Assembly: GCA_041659325.1 (NCBI GenBank)
Contig: JBAZYN010000001.1
Span: 197,428-236,818 of the forward strand
Direction of reading: 5' to 3'
DNA from: Candidatus Shapirobacteria bacterium
Lineage (GTDB): Bacteria > Patescibacteriota > Microgenomatia > UBA12405
DNA: 39,391 nt
A program made the translations under genes and the position numbers. The notes under the pieces are model-generated. The model saw only the letters and a list, made by a program, of their open reading frames with translations. It was not told the origin of the DNA and did no database searches. Below, one piece after another: positions 27,508-36,010 of the stretch (positions are counted from its first letter, which is position 1; each line of letters starts with the position of its first letter).

Positions 27508-28191
27508 ATGACCTCATTTCATATCAAGTTGATTGCAATTATCGCCATGGTTATCGACCATGTAAGTCTTTTCTTTTACCCTGACAATCTTGCTCTAAAA
27601 ATTGTCGGCCGGTTATCTTTCCCGCTTTTTGCTTTTATGGTGGCGATTGGCGCCCGTCACACCCAAAATATCAGCAAATATTTTTTGCGAATGTTAATTT
27701 TTGCATTAATCTCACAAACTCCATATCATTTGACCCATCGGCTAATTAATCCTGAATTTTCTAAACTAAATGTTCTTTTTACATTTTCACTAGCCCTCTT
27801 GGCAATTATTCTGAGCACCAAAATCACCAAAGTCCTCGTGAAACTTATACCAATAGTACTCTCTGCGGCAGCGGCCCAGTTTCTAAAAACTGATTATGGG
27901 GCACTGGGGTTGCTTTTGGTCATTTCCTTTTATTATTTTTTTGATAATTTCAAAATTTCTTCTTTCTCACAAGTTATATTTGCCTTCCTTGCCACCCTTA
28001 TATCTGTCTCCGGTTTCAAACAGTTTTCCATTTCGCAAATTGATCTTGGCCCTGCAATAAGCCTACTCACTATCCCGATTATCTACTCCTACAATTACAA
28101 AGAAGGTCCAAAAGCAAAATACCTATTTTATATCTTTTACCCACTTCAATACACAATAATCTATCTCACCATGACTATATTTTCCCGATAG
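27508..28191 (+). CDS. TraX-family membrane protein
   Basis: KLIAII.MVIDH, GRLSFPLFAF, NVLFT, DYG and K.LFY.FYP motifs; ATG 27508 lies 7 nt after TGtTATACT. Confidence 0.85.
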   Translation: MTSFHIKLIAIIAMVIDHVSLFFYPDNLALKIVGRLSFPLFAFMVAIGARHTQNISKYFLRMLIFALISQTPYHLTHRLINPEFSKLNVLFTFSLALLAIILSTKITKVLVKLIPIVLSAAAAQFLKTDYGALGLLLVISFYYFFDNFKISSFSQVIFAFLATLISVSGFKQFSISQIDLGPAISLLTIPIIYSYNYKEGPKAKYLFYIFYPLQYTIIYLTMTIFSR

Positions 28192-28404
28192 CAACTTGGA
28201 AACACCTACAATAAAGAGCATTTTGATATCATTCCATCTGTTCAACAAAAACAAACTAAAATAAAAGCACTTTATAATATTTATTGATATATCTTTATAG
28301 TCAATAAACCCTATTAATAAGCAAAATAGTAATAATATTATCACTTCTGGCTTTTTCCCTTTAAATTAATTAAACTGTGTAAATTATTGATTGTAATTTC
28401 AAAT

Positions 28405-29511
28405 ATGGAACATAGAGTATCAAGAAGAGATCTTCTAAGATCGGGAGCTGCTGCGCTAGCTGGTCTAGCTGCAAAAGGTTGTATGCCAGAATCTGCCCCT
28501 TCGCAAACAGCACAACCTCCTGCCAATAGCAATGAGGCTCCTCAACCATACGTTGAACAGCCCGCTCAACAACCTACAGTTGCAGTGGTTGAAGAAAGAC
28601 CATCTACAGACAAATCTCTGAATGAACTTTATGATATATATCAAAACGGTGACTTGAGTAAAATTGCTCCGGAGCGTAATTTGGATGAATTAGATCCACG
28701 TATTCAAATGATCAGGCAGTATGCAAACAATATTCAAAATGGAAATGCAAAACAGATAGTATTATCCGATCTTGATAGGTTTACAGAACTTACTTCTAAC
28801 AACCCTGAAACAATAAAATTGTACTATGCTGAAGATGGCCGAGAATACTTGAGAGTTGCTTTAGTTCAGGCACATATCGATGATTCCAAACAGACTGTTC
28901 GTTTCGAATTTTTATTAGCTCCAGATCGTAAATCTCTAACCGCCAGTAACCTAGGTGATTTTGTTCATGAACTTCACCACACGATCGCTCAATACGATTA
29001 TTATGCGCAACACCATACGCTTCAAAGAGACTCACAAATTGAAGAAGCAGAAGAAGTAACTTGTTCTCACCTTGGTAATTTAATACAAGGTCTAGCACTA
29101 AAAGATTATCCTACCACAGAGGATTCATCAGAGCTTTTAAAATCTGATATCGGAATTGACGCACCACAGGCAGCTGCACTTTTGGATAATTCTTATAGTT
29201 CAGAGCCTGGCAATCCAACCTGGAAGGTTATACAAGACCTTTCGTTGAGATTCGTCTTAAACAGGGGGATCGATAAGTTTAAAAATAAATATGGTGACAA
29301 AAAAACAATTTTTAGAATATTGCAAATTATAAAGAACGGAAAAATTAAGGAGGCTCTTATGAGTAAACAATTTGAAGCAGGGAGAGATAAAATTGACACC
29401 TATTATAGCCAAAATCCAATTAGTGAAGATATCCAACAACAAATTGAAACTCTACGCCAAGGGGGATATTTACACAACGACTTCATACCACAATCCTATT
29501 TATCACACTAA
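28405..29511 (+). CDS. Putative lipoprotein with twin-arginine-like signal and HEXXH motif
   Basis: SRRDLLRSGAAALAGLAAKG-C, P/Q-rich linker, then FVHELHH followed by EEAEE. Confidence 0.65.
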   Translation: MEHRVSRRDLLRSGAAALAGLAAKGCMPESAPSQTAQPPANSNEAPQPYVEQPAQQPTVAVVEERPSTDKSLNELYDIYQNGDLSKIAPERNLDELDPRIQMIRQYANNIQNGNAKQIVLSDLDRFTELTSNNPETIKLYYAEDGREYLRVALVQAHIDDSKQTVRFEFLLAPDRKSLTASNLGDFVHELHHTIAQYDYYAQHHTLQRDSQIEEAEEVTCSHLGNLIQGLALKDYPTTEDSSELLKSDIGIDAPQAAALLDNSYSSEPGNPTWKVIQDLSLRFVLNRGIDKFKNKYGDKKTIFRILQIIKNGKIKEALMSKQFEAGRDKIDTYYSQNPISEDIQQQIETLRQGGYLHNDFIPQSYLSH

Positions 29512-29532
29512 AAATCTAATATCTTCATCGAT

Positions 29533-29607
29533 TGGTGACCCTACGGGGAATCGAACCCCGGTTATTTGGATGAGAACCAAATGTCCTAACCGCTAGACGA
29601 TAGGGCC
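29533..29607 (-). tRNA. tRNA-Glu(CTC)
   Basis: Acceptor GGCCCTA/TAGGGTC, anticodon arm TTTGG-TTCTCAT-CCAAA, T-loop GGTTCGATTCC, encoded CCA. Confidence 0.97.
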
Positions 29608-29849
29608 TTACTATGTATTAAATTTTCAATAGCCTTTCTGCTTTTCCACGACTTAATTATTTTTTCTCTCTTTCGAGCCAAAGAAAGGCTTGAAAACTTC
29701 TCAAAGTATATCAAATTCCAAGGCAATTTTAACTTCGTATATCTGGATCTTCCGGCATTATGATAATTTAGTCTTTGATATATCTCAGACGTTGACCCCA
29801 CATAATAAGAATTATCCCTCAATGAAGCTAGAATATAAGTGTAATACAT
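29586..29849 (-). CDS. GIY-YIG nuclease family protein overlapping the tRNA-Glu 5' end
   Basis: YTYIL...YYVGST....RL..HN, PW.LIY and RE..IKS motifs; the last 22 nt of the ORF are tRNA sequence. Confidence 0.9.
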   Translation of the reverse strand: MYYTYILASLRDNSYYVGSTSEIYQRLNYHNAGRSRYTKLKLPWNLIYFEKFSSLSLARKREKIIKSWKSRKAIENLIHSKALSSSG

Positions 29850-29857
29850 AACTTACT

Positions 29858-29929
29858 CTAACCGCTAGTCCCGATCCTTCGGATCGAGGATGCTCGGTCC
29901 CTTATATTCAGACCGGCAACGATAGGGCC
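29858..29929 (-). repeat. Interrupted duplicate of the tRNA-Glu 5' 22 nt
   Basis: GGCCCTATCGT (29929-29919), a 50-nt insert of two hairpins (29918-29869), then CTAGCGGTTAG (29868-29858). Confidence 0.8.
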
Positions 29930-29951
29930 GCGTGTTGTACAATTAAAACAG

Positions 29952-31091
29952 ATGAATTCTATCAAATTTCGTCATCAAATTCTTTTAATTCTCATCACCG
30001 CTCTTTCATCAACAATTTTCTGGTTGATATTTTATCTCAATATACCCTCCCTGATTGGTTTTCCCGCCACCACCCTTGAGACGATCTTCTCAAACTACGA
30101 CGGCCCAAATTATATGATTATCAGTAAATGCGGCTACAATCGTGACTGTATCGCTTCAAATTTTTCCCTTCCCTCTGCTCTCGAATATTACCCCGCTCAT
30201 TTTCCGGCTTATCCGCTCATAATTCGCTTCTTTGACAATTTCTTATCCGGCCCCAAATCAATGCTTCTGGCCACTCTTTTTGGATCAATTTTCCTTAGTC
30301 TTATTTTATATAACTTTTTTAACCAGTTTATAAATTCCAAAAAATCACTCTGGCTATCAATTATCATGATATTTTTCCCCGGAAGATTGTTTATATTGCG
30401 TCAAATCGGCGCTCCGGAAACCTGGTTTGTGGCCTTTATTCTTCTTTCTATACTTCTCTTTCGCCAAAAAAAATATCTCTATTCTGCCTTATCCGCGGGT
30501 TTTTCCTTATCTTTTAAAAGCCCCGGTGTGCTATTGGGTGTGTCATATCTTGCTCTGGCTATATATGAACTTCTTTTCCAAGATTTAAAGCTTAAGGAAA
30601 TCTTTCGAAAGTACATTTATTTTCTTTTTATTCCTCTGATCCTGCTTGCAATATTCTTTTTATATCATTTTCAAACGGGAGACTTTTTGGCTTATTTTCA
30701 TAGCGGTGACAATTTTCACCTTAGCCTTTTCCCATATACTGTCTTTATAAGCAATCGATCCTGGATCAACACCATCTGGCTTGAGGACGTTATTTATATA
30801 TATTTTATTTCTTTATACGGCATTTACCGTTTGAATAAAAAGTATCATCGTGATCTGGTTTCAATATTTCCATCTATATTCCTCCTTGCTACCCTTTTTG
30901 TCGCCCACAGGGATATCAGCCGATACATTACCCCTATCTATCCATTTCTCATGCTTTCTTTTCATAAAACTCTTACTCAAAAATCCTTCAAGCTTATCTT
31001 TGTCATCCTTCTGCCGGCAATTATCTTATATGCGATCAATTTCGCTATCGGTAATACCGCTCCCATTGCCAACTGGAAACCATATCTATAA
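29952..31091 (+). CDS. Polytopic membrane glycosyltransferase (GT-C, PIG-V/PMT-like)
   Basis: DGPNY..I...GY, AHFPAYP and PETWF motifs; many TM segments. Confidence 0.7.
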   Translation: MNSIKFRHQILLILITALSSTIFWLIFYLNIPSLIGFPATTLETIFSNYDGPNYMIISKCGYNRDCIASNFSLPSALEYYPAHFPAYPLIIRFFDNFLSGPKSMLLATLFGSIFLSLILYNFFNQFINSKKSLWLSIIMIFFPGRLFILRQIGAPETWFVAFILLSILLFRQKKYLYSALSAGFSLSFKSPGVLLGVSYLALAIYELLFQDLKLKEIFRKYIYFLFIPLILLAIFFLYHFQTGDFLAYFHSGDNFHLSLFPYTVFISNRSWINTIWLEDVIYIYFISLYGIYRLNKKYHRDLVSIFPSIFLLATLFVAHRDISRYITPIYPFLMLSFHKTLTQKSFKLIFVILLPAIILYAINFAIGNTAPIANWKPYL

Positions 31092-31097
31092 TCCATC

Positions 31098-32753
31098 ATG
31101 ACTGATTCTGTTACCCAAATACGTTCAAGTGACCAATCAATACGAAACCATCTTAAAAGCTACATGTCCTCTCTTGAATCAGGGGACACAAGTGTTTCAC
31201 AGCTAGTCGACACTTACAAACAAATACGTCCATCACTCCACGTAAACCTCTTCTCGGACAAGATCGATATCGGTGCTTTAACGTATTGCCTAACCAGGCT
31301 CCCAAGATGTTTTTTTTATGTCGAAACCCTATTACTCGCACAACACCTATCCGATTTTCAAAACAAAGATCTTGATATCCTAAGCTGGCAAAACAGAATC
31401 GCCCCGGACCGGCGTAGACAGGTCTTTTACAATCCCAACACCAAAACCGCCATTACTTTTTTATCATCTGACTCGGATATTGATGACATTATAAATATCC
31501 TCATTTGTTTTCATATAGAATGGTCCAAGATTGGGAAAATCCTCACCGATAATGGTAAAGGTATAATCGATTTCGAAAAATACAGCCTATTTGGCCTAAA
31601 CCAAACCGAGTGGCAAAGACTTAAAACTGTTCTCGGAAAAAATTGGAAAAACCATCTTCAAAGTAGCACAGAAATAAAAAACATTGTTATCAAGTTAATA
31701 TCCCACTCCGATGAAAAATATCAACAAACAATTTCTGCGTGGTGGACCAATGTTTCTCAGAAATCATTTTACCTCGACTTTTCGAATTTGCCGATTTATT
31801 TTATTTCCTCCAACCAACACAGTCTGGTAAATATTATTGGTCGGTATGTCACCCAAAAAGAAAATGACATTTTTTATTTTATTCACAAAAAACACCCCGA
31901 CCTTGAAAAAGAATGGCAATCAGTTAAAAACGGCAGTAATCTGGTAAGAATCACAGATTTTTTATATTATATTTCCGGAAAGTATTTCCAATCGTATCCG
32001 GATGAACAATTAAAAAAAATACAATATGAAGAATCTTTAGGAATTAAAAAAATCCAGAGCATCAACGAACTTATCTGTAACGTCCAAATATTTCCGGTTA
32101 GTATATTTTCTAAATTACCTGTAGTCGATCCGTCTCTTTCCCTTATCAACATAGACAAAATATCAAAAAGCGACGCTTTGATTGTAAATACCGATTATCC
32201 CCTTGGTTTTGCAGCCTATTATGTTTTTCGGGAAATATTATTAAAACAAAAAAACATCAGGGGTTTATATTCAATTGGCAAAGCTGCCATTTTATCCGGT
32301 GAAATCGGCGACATCCAGGTCCCTTCTTCTATCTTTGATGAAAGAACCGGAAACATATTTAAAATCAACAATTGTTTCAATCATGAAAATCCGATCATCT
32401 CAAAACAAAATCAGGTATTTTTAAACCAAAGAGCCATCTGTGTCTATAATCCCTTTCTCGAAAACGAAAAACAATTAAAAGGTTATATAGACACAGGTTT
32501 CAACATTGTTGAAATGGAATCAGGCCCACTTATGACTTCAATTGCTCAGTGGCAGTCAAGGAGAGATACTCCTCAAAATGTCGTCTTTAATATTGGCAAA
32601 TTACCCTTTGACTACGGCATTATCAACTATGCCTCTGATAATCCTTTGTCAAGAACTTTAGGAGAGGGGTCAATGGCCATCAGGGGAGTTGAACCTACTT
32701 ACTTGGCAACAATTAGCGTTCTTCAAAGAATCATCGATTTAGAGTGCATATAA
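31098..32753 (+). CDS. Conserved hypothetical protein with nucleoside-phosphorylase-like C-terminal half (possibly DUF6909)
   Basis: SIGKAAIL..EIGDI, VEMESG and YASD motifs in PNP/MTAN-like order; the DUF assignment is from recall only. Confidence 0.5.
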   Translation: MTDSVTQIRSSDQSIRNHLKSYMSSLESGDTSVSQLVDTYKQIRPSLHVNLFSDKIDIGALTYCLTRLPRCFFYVETLLLAQHLSDFQNKDLDILSWQNRIAPDRRRQVFYNPNTKTAITFLSSDSDIDDIINILICFHIEWSKIGKILTDNGKGIIDFEKYSLFGLNQTEWQRLKTVLGKNWKNHLQSSTEIKNIVIKLISHSDEKYQQTISAWWTNVSQKSFYLDFSNLPIYFISSNQHSLVNIIGRYVTQKENDIFYFIHKKHPDLEKEWQSVKNGSNLVRITDFLYYISGKYFQSYPDEQLKKIQYEESLGIKKIQSINELICNVQIFPVSIFSKLPVVDPSLSLINIDKISKSDALIVNTDYPLGFAAYYVFREILLKQKNIRGLYSIGKAAILSGEIGDIQVPSSIFDERTGNIFKINNCFNHENPIISKQNQVFLNQRAICVYNPFLENEKQLKGYIDTGFNIVEMESGPLMTSIAQWQSRRDTPQNVVFNIGKLPFDYGIINYASDNPLSRTLGEGSMAIRGVEPTYLATISVLQRIIDLECI

Positions 32754-33617
32754 CTTTCCGTTATCGTCCTCAATCACCCCATCCATTATCATTTTCGATA
32801 TCAAAATCGAAATTTCAGGAATATTCATGTTAATTTCTCTTGCCAGTTCGTCAGTTGTCATCGATTCCCGCCGTAAGACGCTTATTACTTTCTTATATTC
32901 AATATTAATATCGTTTTCCTCAAAAATATCCATTTGCGTTACATAATTTTTTTGACCTAAAATCTGGCCTGGGCTAACAGCGATTTTTGCCAAACCCTGG
33001 TCTATCAACCAATTGCTTCCCTCGGAGGCGGTTGAGGTTATTTGCCCCGGAACCGCAAAAATATTTTTCTTCTGCTTAAACCCAATTCTTGCCGTAATTA
33101 AACTCCCGGATTTTACTCCCGCCTCCACTATCAAAATCCCTAAAGTTGACATTCCTGAAACAATTCTATTTCTTTGAGGAAAACTCCACAACGTTGGTTT
33201 AAAATCAGGCTCATATTCCGAAACCACCAATCCGCCATTTTCTAATATTTCGGCATACATTTCGTCATTTTCTATCGGGGTTAAACAATTTAATCCGCAA
33301 CCCAGTACGGCTATAGTTTTTCCACCCAAGCTCAAACATGTTCTATGCGCCTCACTATCAACTCCATACATAAAGCCGGAAATTATAACTACCTTGTTTG
33401 CCACCAAATCAGGCATAAATCTTGCAATGACCTCACGGCCGTATTTTGTCATTCTCCGGCTACCCACTACACTCAATGTTTTGGCAAACAATCGGGTATC
33501 CCACTCACCCCGGTAATAAAGTTTTTTTGGGCAACCCGATATTTTTTTAAGCTCCATGGGAAAACCCGATTGGTCCTGACAAATTTCATTGATTTTCCAT
33601 TTCTTCCATTTATTCAT
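32739..33617 (-). CDS. dprA: DNA-processing protein DprA
   Basis: VVGSRRMT.YG, ISGF.YGVD..AH, FPQRNRIVSG and SGSLITA motifs; C-terminal winged helix. Confidence 0.95.
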   Translation of the reverse strand: MNKWKKWKINEICQDQSGFPMELKKISGCPKKLYYRGEWDTRLFAKTLSVVGSRRMTKYGREVIARFMPDLVANKVVIISGFMYGVDSEAHRTCLSLGGKTIAVLGCGLNCLTPIENDEMYAEILENGGLVVSEYEPDFKPTLWSFPQRNRIVSGMSTLGILIVEAGVKSGSLITARIGFKQKKNIFAVPGQITSTASEGSNWLIDQGLAKIAVSPGQILGQKNYVTQMDIFEENDINIEYKKVISVLRRESMTTDELAREINMNIPEISILISKMIMDGVIEDDNGKLYAL

Positions 33618-33973
33618 TGGATATCTTTATAGTGTTTAGTATTTTCTCCCAATAGGCATACCGCATCGATTCTATATTTTGAATAATTTTTATTAACCTC
33701 AGGCCGTTCTATCAAATAAATTTGCGCCACTCTTCTGATTTGGGCAATCTTCCATCCGCTGATCATTTCTTCTGGTGTGCCGAATTTGTTATCGGTCTTA
33801 AATTTCACTTCCACAAAAACCAGTCTGTCTCTGTCGGTCATAACTAAATCAATTTCCCCGATATGACACAAAAAATTAGATTCAATCCACCCAAGCCCTT
33901 TTTTCTCCAAATACATTCTTGCCCTCTCTTCGCTACTTCTTCCTTTACTATAATTTTCAACTTTTACCTTCAT
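33614..33973 (-). CDS. yraN: YraN family nuclease
   Basis: G...EE.A..YL, GEIDLV, LVFVEVK and RIDAV motifs. Confidence 0.93.
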   Translation of the reverse strand: MKVKVENYSKGRSSEERARMYLEKKGLGWIESNFLCHIGEIDLVMTDRDRLVFVEVKFKTDNKFGTPEEMISGWKIAQIRRVAQIYLIERPEVNKNYSKYRIDAVCLLGENTKHYKDIQ

Positions 33974-35511
33974 TATTCTCCACTTCTAATTCTATATTGC
34001 AACGCCTCAGCCACATGAAATTCTGAAATTTCTCTGCTACCGCCCAAGTCGGCTATAGTTCTCGACACTTTTATTAGTCTAAAATATGTTCTGGCTGACA
34101 AATTAAATTTGTTTACCGCCTGTTTTAAAAGTAAATTTGCTCTTTTTGTCAGTTTTGCAAATTCTTTTAAGTGGGAATTTTTCATATCCGAATTACTATG
34201 AACCCCGGATATATTTCTGAACCTATCAGTCTGAATTCCCCGGGCTTTAATTACTCTTTTCCTGATCATGGCCGAAGTTTCTCCTCTATTTTCTGCGTCG
34301 ACGTTAACCATTAGTTTGTTTACATCCACAGCCGGGACATTTAGATGCAAATCAATTCTATCCATTATTGGCCCTGATAATTTTTTTTGATAATTCATAA
34401 TTTGGTGAACACTGCATTTGCACTCTTTTTTTAAATCACCCAGATACCCACACGGGCAGGGATTTGCTGCTGCCACCAACATAAATTGTGCCGGAAAACT
34501 CATCGACCCCGCCGATCTGGAAATGGTTACATTGCCATCCTCAAGCGGCTGCCTTAATGCCTCCAATGTATTTCTACCAAACTCCGGAAATTCATCTAGA
34601 AACAATACTCCTCTGTGGGCCAAAGACACCTCCCCGGGGTGAGGGTTACTACCTCCTCCGATCAAACCCACCAAAGAAGTTGTATGATGTGGTGACCGAA
34701 AAGGTCTTGTCCTTACCAACGAACCTCCCGGGGGGATATTTCCCGTAACTGAAAATATTTTTGTAACTTCCAAGCTTTCTTTTTCTGTTAAATCCGGCAT
34801 TATCCCCGGAATTGCCCGGGAAAGCATTGTCTTTCCACTCCCTGGTGGTCCCATCATAAAAATATTATGCCCACCGGCAGCAGCAATCTCCAGCGCTCTT
34901 TTGGCCTGTTCCTGTCCAAGTATTTCCGAAAAATCAAAATCCGGTCGTAATTCGTCGTTTAGAATTTCACGGCTAATCGTTTTTAGGGGCTCTATTAACT
35001 TATTCCCCCGCAAATGACTTATCAAAGCAGTTAAGCTATCGACCGGATAGACGTAAACTCCTTCAACTATAGAGGCCTCGTTGGCACAAAGTCTTGGAAC
35101 AAATATGTTTTTTACCCCCTGTTCTCTGGCTAATATCGCCAAAAGAAACACTCCTCTTGTGTGCCGTAAACTTCCATCCAAAGATAATTCACCATAAAAA
35201 TATGATTTTTCTTTCGGCAAAGACACATCGCCTAAAGCGCTTATAATCCCAATGGCAATTGGCAAGTCATAATATGCGCCATCTTTTGGTAAATCAGCTG
35301 GCGCTAAATTAACGGTAATCTTTGCTGTAGGAAATTCAATATCAGAATTAATAATCGCGGTCTTAACTCGCTCTTTGGCTTCCTCAATGGCCTTACTGGC
35401 TAATCCGACAATCCCGAATCCCGGAAAACCCTTTTCCGCAACATTAGATTCAATTTCTACATCAACTGCCTTTAGACCATAATTTGCCGCACTACATATT
35501 TTTGTCAGCAT
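33973..35511 (-). CDS. comM: YifB/ComM Mg-chelatase-like AAA+ helicase
   Basis: NLAPADLPKDG, GELSLDG, GPPGSGKT, PGEVSLAHRGVLFLDE, LSGPIMDRID and LSAR motifs. Confidence 0.95.
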   Translation of the reverse strand: MLTKICSAANYGLKAVDVEIESNVAEKGFPGFGIVGLASKAIEEAKERVKTAIINSDIEFPTAKITVNLAPADLPKDGAYYDLPIAIGIISALGDVSLPKEKSYFYGELSLDGSLRHTRGVFLLAILAREQGVKNIFVPRLCANEASIVEGVYVYPVDSLTALISHLRGNKLIEPLKTISREILNDELRPDFDFSEILGQEQAKRALEIAAAGGHNIFMMGPPGSGKTMLSRAIPGIMPDLTEKESLEVTKIFSVTGNIPPGGSLVRTRPFRSPHHTTSLVGLIGGGSNPHPGEVSLAHRGVLFLDEFPEFGRNTLEALRQPLEDGNVTISRSAGSMSFPAQFMLVAAANPCPCGYLGDLKKECKCSVHQIMNYQKKLSGPIMDRIDLHLNVPAVDVNKLMVNVDAENRGETSAMIRKRVIKARGIQTDRFRNISGVHSNSDMKNSHLKEFAKLTKRANLLLKQAVNKFNLSARTYFRLIKVSRTIADLGGSREISEFHVAEALQYRIRSGE

Positions 35512-35572
35512 CTATACTTACTCTACCATTCAAAAATACTCTTCACTAGCCACCATTACTTTCTCCCTATCT

Positions 35573-35950
35573 TTAAGTAATATCATCTCGCACATATAAC
35601 CTTACATTTATCCCCATATCAACCAGACTATTCCCTGTCAGCCTTAAATCTTCAGGACCCAACAAATCTGCCCCGGCCAACAGTACTTCAGCCCCTCTGT
35701 CCACGATCCTGTTCTTGTCCTCTCCAATAACTCTCATTATATCGGGATAGTTTCTTACTGCCAACGTGCGCAACACGCCTCCAGCGCTTTTTGTCATTGA
35801 CCTCAACATTCCTCCTCCGTCATCGCACACAACTTGTAAAGCCCAAAAAAAAGTATTATCCCCAAGACAAACTTGTTGTCTTGCAAAAATTTTATCAGCC
35901 ATTGCCTCAGAATCTATAGCACCATAAAACTCTACTGTCCCTCTTGGCAT
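35573..35950 (-). CDS. Hypothetical protein
   Basis: 125-aa ORF with TATAAT 6 nt before the ATG; no family recognised. Confidence 0.6.
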   Translation of the reverse strand: MPRGTVEFYGAIDSEAMADKIFARQQVCLGDNTFFWALQVVCDDGGGMLRSMTKSAGGVLRTLAVRNYPDIMRVIGEDKNRIVDRGAEVLLAGADLLGPEDLRLTGNSLVDMGINVRLYVRDDIT

Positions 35951-36010
35951 CGATACATTATACAGTATTTAACTACCCGAAAACTACCCGAAACTTGATA
36001 AAATAACAAT

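Noticed and set aside
27508-28191. traX as evidence of a conjugative element
   Set aside because: TraX-family genes occur stand-alone in chromosomes, and no relaxase or T4SS genes are nearby
29586-29929. Intron-containing tRNA-Glu with a homing endonuclease
   Set aside because: A complete uninterrupted tRNA lies downstream; the upstream piece is a duplication and no group I/II core is evident
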